Below are positions 11,023 through 24,607 of a DNA stretch of 64,000 bases, piece by piece. The stretch is from contig NC_086380.1 in NCBI RefSeq assembly GCF_036588685.1, forward strand, positions 58,528,001 through 58,592,000, written 5' to 3'. A model generated the notes under the pieces. That model worked only from the letters and a program-made list of their open reading frames with translations, was not told the origin of the DNA and made no database searches. The DNA comes from Mytilus trossulus. Its lineage: Eukaryota. Numbering within the stretch: position 1 is the stretch's first letter; each line of letters starts with the position of its first letter. Position numbers and translations under genes: made by a program.

Positions 11023-14000
11023 GGTTCATGATATACAACACATACATTCCAGAGTTACTGGAACACATATTGTAATGTCCTATGGACATATATGATTTTA
11101 TATTTATGATATTGATTTGTTAAATATTGACATAACGATAAGACTAATGAAATTTCCGTCCCCAAAAAACATTTCTTTATGTAGACTTGTCCTTACATTT
11201 GCATGTTTAAAAAAGATATATGTTCGTATGTTATTTCTTTCCGGAACAATTTTACTTTTAGTGTTAAAGTATGTATCTTTTGTTTTAAATATAAGCGAGT
11301 GCGAGAGTGTAAATCTGTACCTTTTTTTAGGTATGTATTTTATGAAAACAATACTTGATTAATTTCCTATGTCCAAAGCACTTTTCTATATTCCTTTCAT
11401 AAGTTACACTCAAACCCAAATATTCAAAATTAAAAGATGCGTAAGAACCAGTTAAAGAGCTATATGACAAAACGGCCATAAAAACAAAAATTGCCAATGT
11501 GAAAACTCTCCACAAGAGACCAAAATAACACAGAAATTAACAACTATAGATCATCGTACGACCTCAGCAATGAGCAAATTCCATACAACATAGTCAGCTA
11601 TCAGAGGACCCGAAATGACAATATTTGTATTTGTTTATTATAAAAAGATTGTTCAAATGTAATTTTTAAGAACATTATATAAAGTTATTTATGATCTGTC
11701 ATAACAGTGTCATAAAAGTATTTTATTATAAATCTATATTGTTTTTGATTTATTTTTATTTTGGAGCCTTGCATGTTTTTAATGCTGCATTTATTTGTTA
11801 TTCCTTTTTGTAATAAAATTTTACTTTTTATAATTTCTGTCTTATTCATGTTATAAACGTCTACATATTGGTATTTAAAAACACAGCAATTTAAAAAACA
11901 GATAAAGAAATATGTTCAAGTGATTATTTTTGATGTATGAACCTCTTTCATATGTTAAAATGTGGAGACTTTACTTTTATCCTAAAGTCTTCTAGTGGAT
12001 TCAATATATAAAGTGCGATTTGGCAAAGAACATATAATCGAATACTGAACCGGTCTAACAAATTTTCAAAAGCTGCAAAATTCAGTTGATATTTCAGTTT
12101 TACATTGTGTTATATAAAATGTTAAATTGTATGATATGACAAATATGATTGATGACATTGTCTGTTGATTCCAATATAAATTTTCTTTTCCAGCATATCA
12201 TTGATTAACATTGTTTTCAAGCATTTTTGTCAGTCTGATCATTCAATCCTTTTCATGAGAATTCGTATCATCGGAAAAGTATTCCCCAGGACTAACATTT
12301 TTTGCAATTTGGGAGTAAAAAACGTTTTTTATATAAAAAAATTAATTATGATTTTTTTAATCAACATAAACTTATATAATTGGGCTCAAATTGAAGCTAA
12401 ATTATTTAAGATGGTAAGAAAAATCTTACTTTACCATTTAAAGCATTAATTCTTACTCAAATAAAGCCAAAACCGTCATGCTGAACCCAAACAACGGCAA
12501 GAAATGAACATTTGAAATGCATAGTTTTGAATTTTTTAAATATTTCTAACGATGTCGATTTGGCCAACGTAAGATATGTTATTCTTTGAGAAAAATGGAA
12601 CGTCATATCGTTTTGAAAAATATTTGCCACCATACTCGTTTTTGAGGAAAATTGAGAAATATAATATTGTTTACTCAACCCCTCCCGTAAGCCTCACAAA
12701 TTGCGCCAAAAATTAAGACGTTTTCCGAAAATAACGTTATATTTCCCCGCTATTTTTTCAAAGGCAGTGCGACGATGTTGCAGACAAATGTATTTACACT
12801 GTGACTTTGTTGGGTAGTTGTCTCGATAGCACTCATATCGCATCTTCTTATTTATAATGAACCAGTATCTGAACAAGATAACAATTCAGTTAGTTTTACT
12901 ATTGTGTTCGTCAAAATTGTGAAACCCGGGTGCGAAACATACAAACCGTGGAATTACAGACTAAAATAGTCCCTCTGGTATCTTTCATCCCTCTTTTAAA
13001 AACAAAAGTATTACCCGTTAGAAATCCGTTTCTGCGTCTCGGTCTATAGTACCAAAGCAGGGTTAATTTTCATATTATACTTCCATTTGATTTTTTTCTT
13101 CTGAATACTCATTTAGTTTATGCCACTTCATTGTAGATGACAGACATCAAGTCACTTGACGTCCGTCATCCACAATCATTATTTATTTTATCGTTACTTT
13201 ACAATGAAGCGTTTGGCTTATATCGAAATTAACACAGAGCTCGTGAAATTTTGTGCAAACAAACACTTGTCTAAAAACTCACTAACTCCGTATTATTTAT
13301 TCGTTTTGCAGTTTTGGGGTTTTTATTCTTTATAGGCTTCTAGCTATAACAAAAATCTGTATGTTGACTCTGAGTGTTTTTAATTATACGGGTCTTTGGG
13401 TTGCTGTCGTATTAATGTATACTTTAAATCTTTTTCAAAACAAAATGATTGATTTGGGTATGGAAATATTCACATCTCTTAACTTCTCCCGTCCGACAGT
13501 ATATCTTTGCTAAAATTGGGTGCGGCCGTTTAGCTGCTAGGATGTATTAATTTGCAGCCTCGTTTAGTCGAAATAAGAATGTCGTTTATCCGATGCATAG
13601 TGAAGTGAGAGTCTCGCGCTATATAACGTTAAACGCAAACTTTATTTAACAAAAGAGATCAGAAATAAAATTGAGAATAAACGAACGGGCCGAAAAGCGA
13701 GCATGACTGTCGTTGTTTTACGCTTCAATATATGAGTTATTGCATATACACAATGGAGATTGTTTTCTGTTCTACTACCTTCTACCTAGTTTGGCTGCAT
13801 ACAATGTAACTACTGATGTTGACTTCTATTTTATCATTGATTGTTCAAACAAATGAATTGAAAGAAAAAAATGCGGAAAGAAAGTCTAAAATTTTCGTTT
13901 AAAAATAAAATATAAATTAAAACAAAATGCCAAAAATGAAAATCTGTTTGAGACAATTATCAGATGAGAACAAATGATTATGCATCACTATATGAAACTG

Positions 14001-15563
14001 ATAAATTGATTTGTGCCGTGCTCCAGTGGCAAATATATCACGCATATTTACGACGAGGCGGAAGTGGATCTGAAATAAATCATTGATACATAATTATGAT
14101 AACAATCTTGAGTTAAGCTATTAGCCCCCCTCCCCAATTTTGAATTATGGTATTTCGATGGCTCTTTTTTCCCTATCCTATTATGGATACGCTGATTAGT
14201 GAGGACGTGTCTAATTAGTCAAGACCTAAATGAAGACATACACCGCTGTTTTTGGCTAAATTATATTTGTTTCCTCATACACTTTAAACACCAAAATCGT
14301 TAGATATTTTCTACTTGTATTTCAGTGTATATATTACAATGTTTTCCTATTTCATTTTTGTTTTTGAAATTATTACAGTGTCATCTTTTGTTTTACGTTG
14401 TTTGCGAGTTAAAGGTTTCATTCAAAAAGCTACTATTCATTGATAGCACTTCAGCGCAAAGCTTGATGAATGTTAGTTTACGCCGTATTTTATTTTTCTC
14501 AAGAAACCTTTTTTCATCTTTCTCAAGTAAAACCAGACTTTGAGTTTTCTATTCTGAATGACAAAATCTCGGAAAAGTTTGGTAAAGAATTAATTCCAAT
14601 TTGCATTCAAATGCAATAAAAAAAATCATTACGCATTGATCTCGTTGTTCCTTACTGCATGTATTAACGATACTTTCATAAAACGGAAACTTAAGTGAGT
14701 ATGGTCTATATTGATCAAGATAATTGCATTTCTTTTATGATAGACCAAGAGGACAAAAATGTCTTTAAAGATTTGAGTTTAAATTTCTGTAAACATTTTT
14801 TGCCGATTCCCGCCGTGCTCTTTCCTTTGATGAAAGAACCCTCCCTTTCCAGACGGCCATAGCAATTCCAATGGTGACTCCGGTATGACGTCGATGTATC
14901 AGTATAGTTATAAAGGATGAAACTTGAAACTCATTATTACGTCAGAGATTATTAATTTATAACCTCAGATGTCAAGCCGGCTAGCTTTCAAATACGAAGA
15001 TGCAAACAAATAATAAAGCTGTTTTGTTTGTATAAGGCTACTCTACGAACAAGTGTTTCATCATTGTATTGAAATTGAAAATGGAAATTTGGAATCTTTC
15101 AAAAGACAACAACCTGACACTTTATGTTATGTTTAAAACATGTTTTATTAACTAGCAGGAATATACTGTATACTTATGAGGATTACCTAAGTGTATCACT
15201 TTCTCTTTCCATGCTTTAAACGATATTCAAAGTAAAGAAATCCTTGAAACCTGAAATGTATCCCATTTAATGGATAAGTATACTCATTATCACAATATCA
15301 GTGCACCCGGAAAATGAACAATATATTGAGGTTGATATGATTTAACTAACAGTGGAATGAATACTCCCGATTTCCAAGTTTTAATAAAATCAAATTGAAG
15401 TCGTTGAACTTATATATTAATTAATTGCTATAACTAATCTTGCTTATTGTTGCAGGACATAATGTGATCTAGAGATGTTAATTTCTGTGTCATTTGGTCT
15501 CTTGTGAAGAGTTTTCTTTTGTATGTTTTTTTCAATGGCAATCATACAATATCCTTCCTTTTT

Positions 15564-15911
15564 ATGTATAGATTATAACATGCCCTTTTCCATATTGGCC
15601 CTGGTATCATCCCGAGACTCCCATATCGACCTCGAGGCTTTAACCGGGCCAATATGGAAAAGACATGTTATAATCTTTTTATCACATATTTAAGTTCTGC
15701 AGAAAAGTAAAAACAAGTTAATTATAACAATTTAATAAAACATGAAAGGTAAAATCTTTATCAATTTATCACAAACGTGTCGTTAAGGATGCAATGACGT
15801 CACGTCATTTGGAACAGGGCAAAATATCCATATCTCTTTTTTGCCCCGGGCAATTTTAAGGTTATTGCATATGCAATTCCTAAGGTATTCATAACAAATA
15901 TGTGATAAAAA
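15564..15911 (-). mobile_element. HINE-like element, family 2; paralogs at ~49595-49942 and ~58163-58517; empty sites at ~24160 and ~40945
   Basis: Hairpin gattataacatg..ttttccatattggccc / gggccaatatggaaaa..catgttataatc (15571-15675); subTIRs tttttatcacatatt (15676) / aatatgtgataaaaa (15897). Confidence 0.7.
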
Positions 15912-16352
15912 TACTTTTGCTAATCACGCACCATGAGAAATATGTAACCTGTATGGTGTTGTAAATCGTTGTCGATGACTTACACCTAATGATAATAACA
16001 ATAAAAAATACTGACACTCTTTGATAAACTTGTTGGACACAAATGTATGCCTATCAAATGTTATTAGACCGTCGTATAGTATGAAAAGACGGGCAAAATA
16101 TACCAAAAGTGACATTCAAACTCCAAAGTAAAAAATGAACATACATGGTTTTGAAAAAAAGACGAACAGTCGAATAACAGCACACTTAATACAACATAAA
16201 ACATCAAAAGACTGATTAACACAAGCCCCAACAACAATTAAGGGTGATCTCAGGTGCTCAAGAAAAAATATCATTTATAATTCATCAATATTGGTCCTCA
16301 ATCATCTTAAATTTCGTACTTTATTTGGCCTTTTTCACTTTTTTGGATTCGA

Positions 16353-16398
16353 GCGTCACTGGTGAGTCTTTTTTTTAGACTAAACGCACGTCTGGCGT
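16353..16398 (+). ncRNA. Hammerhead paralog with mutated core (predicted inactive); further copies at 50383-50428 and 58961-59004
   Basis: CTGGTGA replaces CTGATGA, TAAA replaces GAAA, and stem III acgcacgt is no longer palindromic. Confidence 0.7.
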
Positions 16399-16737
16399 AT
16401 ATACAAAATGTAGTCCTGGTGATGAGTTTATTTTCTAAAACTGAAAAAACCTTAGTTAACCAATGTTTAAAATACTTTCTTTTTCAAACCTTTTAGGTGA
16501 TATGTCAAGTTGGTTTGTTCCGTATATTTAATGTTAATGAAAAACAAAGACTATCACAAAAAGGCCCTTACGATTTAAACAAAATTTTTATTACAGTGCT
16601 ATTTTACTCCCTCTTCTGTTAGCTATATGAGGAACAACACAAAACTAAAGTGATATGGAAGGTATATGACAAAAATACACTGTCACCATTATATAATCTA
16701 TATTTGCAAGTAACGAAAATCAAATGACGATTACTCT

Positions 16738-16746
16738 TTCCCGGAA
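16738..16746. promoter_or_regulatory. STAT (GAS) consensus TTCCCGGAA; also at 25291, 42135, 50772, 59348
   Basis: Exact TTCN3GAA match conserved ~1.9-2.2 kb upstream of copies 2-6. Confidence 0.45.
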
Positions 16747-16936
16747 GACAATAATTTGTGATTGCGACAATAATAAGAAACCAGGAGACAAAACAGTGTT
16801 AATCTTCATCATAGACATACAGAAAAACTGAGTAAAAATTCAAACAAACATTGAAATAAATCTATCAAAGCGGCCACTAAAACGCACTATGACGTACTCG
16901 AATTCGTTATCCCGATAAGATAGAAATCAAGTTAAA

Positions 16937-17160
16937 ACGGGTGCCGCATGTGGAGCAGGATCTGCTTACCCTTCCGGAGCACCTGAGATCACCCCTAGTT
17001 TTTGGTGGGGTTCGTGTTGTTTATTCTTTAGTTTTCTATGTTGTGTCATGTGTACTATTGTTTTGCTGTTTGTCTTTTTCATTTTTAGCCATGGCGTTGT
17101 CAGTTTGTTTTAGATTTACGAGTTTGACTGTCCCTTTGGTGTCTTTCGTCCCTCTTTTAA
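16937..17160 (+). repeat. Short interspersed repeat (probable retroelement 3' end), present only in spacer 1-2
   Basis: Absent at the paralogous site aagttaaatatata (50963, 59539); ttaaa occurs on both flanks. Confidence 0.7.
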
Positions 17161-18168
17161 ATATATATATATATATATACAAGGGAAAAAAAAAAAAAAA
17201 CCATCACAATGAAAACCTCTTGATATTTAACTCGGTCGAAAAAAAATATAACATATGAATCTGTTAATTATTTAGATATTTTATAGATGCATAAATGCAA
17301 AGCAATAACTAATCGATATAAACAAATTAAAATTGAATGAATAGTATATAAGTAATACCAAAAAAATGTCGTTGATTTAGTAAGATGTGCAAAACTGATG
17401 TATTAAATATGTTCTGATATTCCTCAAAGGGATGCGTATTTCCAAATCATTAAAACAATATATACAACGATGGTAAAATGTTGTTATGCCCAACCTATGA
17501 TCACCTACGATAGAAGAGGGGCATTATGTGTTCTGGTCTGTGCGTCCGTTTGTCCGTCCGTTCGTTCGTCCGTCTGTCCCGCTTAAGATTAAAGTTTTTG
17601 GTCAAGGTAGTGTTTGATGAAACTTGAAACTTTGTACACATGTTCCTTATTTTAATCTTTGTAATTTTAAAGCCAAATTAGACCTTCGTCCCAAATTTCA
17701 CAGTCCACTGAACATAGAAAATTAAAGTGCGAGTTTCAAGTTAAGGTTTTGGTTCAGGTAGTTTTTGTCAATTCTAATGCCAAATTAGATTTTGTATCCA
17801 ACTTTGGGGTCCATTGAAAATGAAAATTTATAATGCGACTAGGGCGTCCGTGTACTTTGGACACATTCTTGTATATTATCTTTTTGTCCTCAATCAAGTA
17901 CTTCAAACACATTTCTAGAATACACAGATAATCTATTACAATAACTAGAACAAGTCACATATTTACTTATTTAATAAGATGTACAGAAGGGACTTAAAAT
18001 ACTATTCACAAACCTTCAACCCGTAAGTAGCATTTTTGTTACAATGATCTATTCCATTATGATTATTTTGATAAAGTAAACAATGATATCGATGAGTATA
18101 CAATTTGTTGTGTTCCTTTGAATATGTTTATGAAAAAACATTGTCTCTTCGATTTTTCACAATTAACT

Positions 18169-18400
18169 TTCTGGTGATCAGAAATAGTCCTCAATTCAAC
18201 AACACATCAAGATATTAAGAAGAGCTGGTTGAGACAATGGCTTTTACAAATATGATGTATAAGAGACCTTTTTTGTATAGCCTTTGTATGTTAAAAGCCA
18301 AGAGTGGTAAAAAGCTATGTACAAATAATCCTTGCTGGATCACCAGATGATGGATCGAATAGAATGTAATGTCCATGATGTCCACAAAATCAATTCCATG
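18169..18400 (+). pseudogene. Decayed IL-17 fragment (3' half of exon 2 plus start of 3' UTR) upstream of copy 2
   Basis: tctggtgatcagaaatagtcctcaattcaac...aagatattaagaagagctggttgagacaatgg...gaatgtaatgtccatgat aligns with the end of the functional exon 2; in-frame stops and indels. Confidence 0.85.
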
Positions 18401-18865
18401 CAATTTCGTTTATAACACATCAAACTAAATACGAATCAATCAATCACATTGGCCTTTAATATACGCCTCGTGTATAGTGCAGAATAAGAAGTAAGGGTCT
18501 CACTTGAGAAAACAATCAAACTATTAAGAATAAAATTACTTAATCTTATGAGTGTATGAAGACAAGTTTTTACCGGAACGAAAATGTATATGTGGGAGGA
18601 ATGATAAGGGACATATATGTATTCTTCTTAGCATACATTATTAAAATAAAGTTCCCAATTTGTGAGACAAAGGCTAGTTAATCTGCCGTATGAGCTGTTT
18701 CAACACCCATGCAGTTATTAAATGATTCCCAATTTATAAAAATAGAGTGCATCCGGAGAAATGCAGGGTTTAAATATTGTTCACCACCAGTTCTGTATGC
18801 ATAACAGCAACAACTAGAGACAAGAACAAACGCAGCATCAAGAAGTTCTCCGGAAAAATTACAAG

Positions 18866-19713
18866 ATGAATTTAATCAATGTAAGCAACAATAGTTCAAT
18901 ATTTCAATTATTCCGTTAAAAAATGATGTCTATATATCACGACCATAGTTTATTTTCATTCACATCTAGCATCAATAGATGAAATTCCTTAACTAATCTA
19001 AAAAACTATAAAAATAGAAGTTATTTAAACCATTTGTTTTAATGATGAACGAATTGTTGAATTGCCTCTGCAATTGTTAATACTGTTGCGAAATCTAACA
19101 AACTTGAAACCTCAATTAAGTTTTTTTTTCATTTCATTTTCAGATCCTTAAAATTGTCAAAGTATACATTACATATTGTATCGTGTTCGTCAATAGTGCA
19201 CCAACATGTACAGACCCTGAAGACCTACAGGCTAAATTCAAAAGTATAAATGGAGGAGTAGATTACAAGACATTATTTTTCACTGACGGCTGGAAGCAAG
19301 ACACGATGGTCAGTGATTTTGAAAATCTGGTATCTCTAAGGAAGGATATGACAAAGATCGGTTGTCCTTCAACCTTTTTAGAAGGATTTGATCTCCCATT
19401 AATGGCACGTACATCATGCCCTTGGTTTTTGGAACAAACGCCATACAATACTGAAACATATCCCCATACACTCTATAGAGCTGCTACCAAATGTGATAAA
19501 TGTATAGATGCTTCTGGCGATCAAAAATGTTCACCAATTCAACGGAAAATCAAGATATTACGAAGAACTGGTTGTGGCAATGGGCTTTATCAATATGAAG
19601 TCTCAGAGAAATATATCCCAATAGCCTATGTATGTGAAAAGCAAAGAGAGGTCGAACATGATGCTCCAATAATCCCTGCCCTACCACCAGCTAATGGACC
19701 AGACGGAATGTAA
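18866..19713 (+). CDS. IL17: IL-17-family cytokine, copy 2 (type A, mosaic N-terminus); exon 1 18866-18880, exon 2 19144-19713
   Basis: Same splice signals, intact ORF, 263-nt intron, same motifs as copy 1. Confidence 0.9.
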
Positions 19714-22700
19714 GGTTCATGATATACAACACATACATTCCAGAGTTACTGGAACACATATTGTAATGTCCTATGGACATATATGTTTTTATATTTATGA
19801 TATTGATTTGTTAAATATTGACAAAACGATAAGACTAGTGAAATTTCCGTCCCCAAAAAATATTTCTTTACGTAGACTTGTGCTTACATTTGCATGTTTA
19901 AAAAAAATATATGTTCGTATGTTATTTCTTTCCGGTACAATTTTACTTTTAGTGTTAAAGTATGTATCTTTTGTTTTAAATATAAGCGAGTGCGAGAGTA
20001 TAAATCTGTACCTTTTTTTAGATATGTATTTTATGAAAACAATACTTGATTAATTTCCTATGTCCAAAGCACTTTTCTAAATTCCTTTCATAAGTTACAC
20101 TCAAACCCGAATATTCAAAATTAAAAGATGAATAAGAACCAGTTAAAGAGCTATATGACAAAACGGGCATAGAAATAAAAATTGCCAATGTGAAAACTCT
20201 CCACAAGAGACCAAAATAACACAGAAATTAACAACTATGGATCGTTCAACCTTCAGCAATGAGCAAATTCCATACAGCATAGTCAGCTATAAGAGGACCC
20301 GAAATGACAATATGAATTTTTTTTTTAAATTAACAAGCTTATTTATATCAGGGTTGTATTTGTTTATTATAAAAAGATTGTTCAAATGTAATTTTTAAGA
20401 ACATTATATAAAGTTGTTTATGATCTGTCATAACAGTGTCAAAAAAGTATCTTATTATAAATCTATATTGTTTTTGATTTATTTTTATTTTGGAGCCTTG
20501 CATGTTTTTAATGCTGCATTTATTTGTTATTACTTTTTGTAATAAAATTTTACTTTTTATAATTTCTGTCTTATTCATGTTATAAACGTCTACATATTGG
20601 TATTTAAAAACACAACAATTTAAAAACAGACAAAGAAATATGTTCAAGTGATTATTTTTGATGTATGAATCTCTTTCACATGTTAAAATGTGGAGACTTC
20701 ACTTTTATCCTAAAGTCTTCTAGTGGATTCAATATATAAAGTGCGAATTGGCAAAGAACATATAATCGAACACTGAACCGGTCTAACAAATTGTCAAAAG
20801 CTGCAAAATTCAGTTGATATTTCAGTTTTACATTGTGTTATATAAAATGTTAAATTGTATGATATGGCAAATATGATTGCTGACATTGTCTGTTGATTCC
20901 AATATAAATTTTCTTTTCCAGCATATCATTGATTAACATTGTTTTCAAGCATTTTTGTCAGTCTGATCATTCAATCCTTTTCAGGAGAATTCGTATCATC
21001 GGAAAAGTATTCCCCAGGACTAACATTTTTTGCAATTTGGGAGTAAAAAACGTTATTTCATATAAAAAAAATAATTATGATTTTTTTAATCAACATAAAC
21101 TTATATAATTGGGTTCAAATTGAAGCTAAATGATTTAAGATGGTAAGAAAAATCTTACTTTACCATTTAAAGCATTAATTCTTACTCAAATAAAGCCAAA
21201 ACCGTCATGCTGAACCCAAACAACGGCAAGAAATGAACATTTGAAATGCATAGTTTTGATTTTTTTTTTAAATATTTCTAACGATGTCGATTTGGCCAAC
21301 GTAAGATATGTTATTCTTTGAAAAAAAATGGAACGTCATAACGTTTCGAAAAATATTCGCCTCCATACTTGTTTTTAAGGAAAATTGAGAAATATAATAT
21401 TGTTTACTCAACCCCTCCCGCAATCCTCACAAATTGCGCCAAAAATTAAGACGTTTTCCGAAAATGACGTTATATTTCCCCGCTATTTTTTCAAAGGCAG
21501 TGCGACGATGTTGCAGACAAATGTATTTACACTGTGACTTTGTTGGGTAGTTGTCTCGATAGCACTCATATCGCATCTTCTTATTTATAATGAACCAGTA
21601 TCTGAACGAGATAACAATTCAGTTAGTTTTACTATTGTGTTCGTCAAAATTGTGAAACCCGGGTGCGAAACATACAAACCGTGGAATTACAGACAAAAAT
21701 AGTCCCTCTGGTATCTTTCATCCCTCTTTTAAAAACAAAAGTATTACCCGTTAGAAATCCGTTTCTGCGTCTCGGTCTATAGTACCAAAGCAGGGTTAAT
21801 TTTCATATTATACTTCCATTTGATTTTTTTCTTCTGAATACTCATTTAGTTTATGCCACTTCTTTGTAGATGACAGACATCAAGTCACCTGACGTCCGTC
21901 ATCCACAATCATTATTTATTTTATCGTTACTTTACAATGAAGCGTTTGGCTTATATCGAAATTAACAAAGAGCTTGTGAAATTTTGTGCAAACAAACACT
22001 TGTCTAAAAACTCACTAACTCCGTATTAATATTATTCATTCGTTTTGCAGTTTCGTGCTTTTTACTCTTTATAGGCTTCTAGCTATAACAAAAATCGTTA
22101 TGTTGACTCTGAGTGTTTTTAATTATACCGGTCTTTGGGTTGCTGTCGTATTAATGTATACTTTAAATCTTTTTCAAAACAAAAGGATTGATTTGGGTAT
22201 TGAAATATTCACATCTCTTAACTTCTCCCGTCCGACAGTATATCTTTGGTAAAATTGGGTGCGGCCGTTTAGCTGCTAGGATGTATTAATTTGCAGCCTC
22301 GTTTAGTCGAAATAAGAATGTCGTTTATCCGATGCATATTGCAGTGAGAGTCTCGCGCTATCTATACGTTAAAGGCAAACTTTATTTAACAAAAGAGATC
22401 AGTAAAACAATAAATTGAGAATAAACGAAAGGGCCGAAAAGCGAGCATGACTGTCGTTGTTTTACGCTTCAATATATGAGTTATTGCATATACACAATGG
22501 AGATTGTTTTCTGTTCTACTCCCCTTCACCTAGTTTGGCTGCATACAATGCAACTACTGATGTTGACCTCTATTTTATTATTGATTATTCAAACAAATGA
22601 ATTGAAAGAAAAAAATGCGGAAAGAAAGTCTAAAATTTTCGTTTAAAAATAAAATATGAATTAAAACAAAATACCAAAACTGAAAAACTGTTTGAGACAA

Positions 22701-24607
22701 AATCATTGATACATAATTATGATAAAAATCTTGAGTTAAGCTATTTTTTGAATTATGGTATTTCGATGGCTGTTTTTTTACCCTATCCTATTATGGATAC
22801 GCTGATTTTTTTAGGACGTGTCTAATTAGTCAAGACCTAAATGAAGACCTACACCCCCTTTTTTTTGTAAATTATATTTGTTTCCTCATACACCTTAAAC
22901 ACCAAAATCGTCAGATATTTTCTACTTGTATTTCAGTGTATATATTACATTGTTTTCCTATTTCATTTTTTTTAATCATTACAGTGTCATCTTCTGTTTA
23001 ACGTGTGAGTTAAAGGTTGTATTCATTTAAAAAGCTACTGTTCATAAATAGCACTTCAACGCAAAGCTTGATGAATGTTAGTTTACGCTGTATTTTATTT
23101 TTCTCAAGAAACCTTTTTTTTCATTTTTCTCAAGTAAAACCAGACTTTGAGTTTTCTATTCTGAATGACAAAATCTCGGAAAAGTTTGGTAAAGAACTAA
23201 TTCCAATTTGCATTCTAATGCAATAAAAAAATCATTACGCATTTGTTCTCAATGTTCCTTACTACATGTATTAACGATAATTTCATAAAACGGAAACTTA
23301 AGTGAGTATGGTCTATAATGATCAAGATAATTGCATTTCTTTTATGATAGACCAAGAGGACAAAAATATCTTTAAAGATTTGAGTTTAAATTTCTGTATA
23401 TTTTTTTTTTGCCGATTCCCGCCGTGCTCTTTCCTTTGATGAAAGAACCCCCCCCTTTCCAGACGGCCATAGCAATTCCAATGGTGACTCCGTTATGAAG
23501 TCGATGTATGAGTATAGTTATAAAGGATGAAACTTGAAACTCATTATTAATTGATAACCTCAGATGTCAAGCCGGCTAGCTTTCAAATACGAAGATGCAA
23601 ACAAATAATAAAGCTGTTTTGTTTGTATAAGGCTACTCTACGAACAAGTGTTTCATCATTGTAATGAAATTGAAAATGGAAATTTGGAATGTGTCCAAAA
23701 GACAACAACCTGACACTTTATGTTATGTTTAAAATATGTTTTATTAACTAGCAGAATATACTGTATACTTATGAGGATTAACTACATGTATCACTTTCTC
23801 TTTACATGCTTTAAATAATATTCAAAGTAAAGAAATCATTTAAACCTGAAGTGTATCCCATTTAATAAATAAGTATACAAAAAATCACAGTATATCAGTG
23901 CACCGGGAAAATGAACAATACATTCAGGTTGATATGATTTAACTAACAGTGAAACGAATACTTCCGTTTTTAAAAATTTAATAAAATCAAATTGAAGTAG
24001 TTGAACCTTTATATTAATTATATGCTATAACTAATCTTGCTTATTGTTGAAGGACATCAGGTGATTTAGAGATGTTAATTTCTGTGTCATTTGGTCTCTT
24101 GTGAAGAGTTTTCTTTTGTATTTTTTTTTTCATTGGAATTCATACCATATCCTTTTTTTTTTATAAATACTTTTCTAATCACACACCATGATGAATATGT
24201 AACCTGTATGGTATTGTAATCTTTGTCGATGACTTAAACCTAATGAAAATAACAATAAATAATACCAATACTCTTTGATAAACTTGTTGGACACAAATGT
24301 ATGCCAATCATAAGTTATTAGATCATCGTAGAGTATAAAAAGACGGGTAAAATATACCAAAAGTGACATTCAAACTTCTAACTAAAAAAATGAACATGCA
24401 TGGTTTAAAAAAAAGGACGAACAGTCAAATAACAGCACACTAAATACAACATTAAACATCCTAAGACTGAATAACACGAGCCCCAACAACAATTAAGGGT
24501 GATCTCATGTGCTCAAGAAAAAATATCATTTATAACACACCAATTTTGGTTCTCAATGCTCTTGAACCTCGTACTTTATTTGGCCTTTTTCACTTTTTTG
24601 GATTCGA

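Noticed and set aside
11023-11450. AU-rich destabilising elements and a poly(A) signal in the 3' UTR
   Set aside because: Only isolated ATTTA/ATTAAA motifs, expected by chance at this AT content; the transcript end cannot be placed.
13510-13640. Possible MetaSINE-like domain in each type-A spacer
   Set aside because: Resemblance is from memory and too degenerate to support without a profile search.
16941-17258. 105-aa hydrophobic ORF
   Set aside because: Translation of an interspersed repeat and a (TA)n/poly-A tract.
19694-20053. Recurrent 119-aa ORF overlapping the IL-17 stop (also 45095, 53550)
   Set aside because: Lies in the 3' UTR, is broken in copies 1, 3 and 6, and has low-complexity AT-driven composition; recurrence is explained by DNA duplication.
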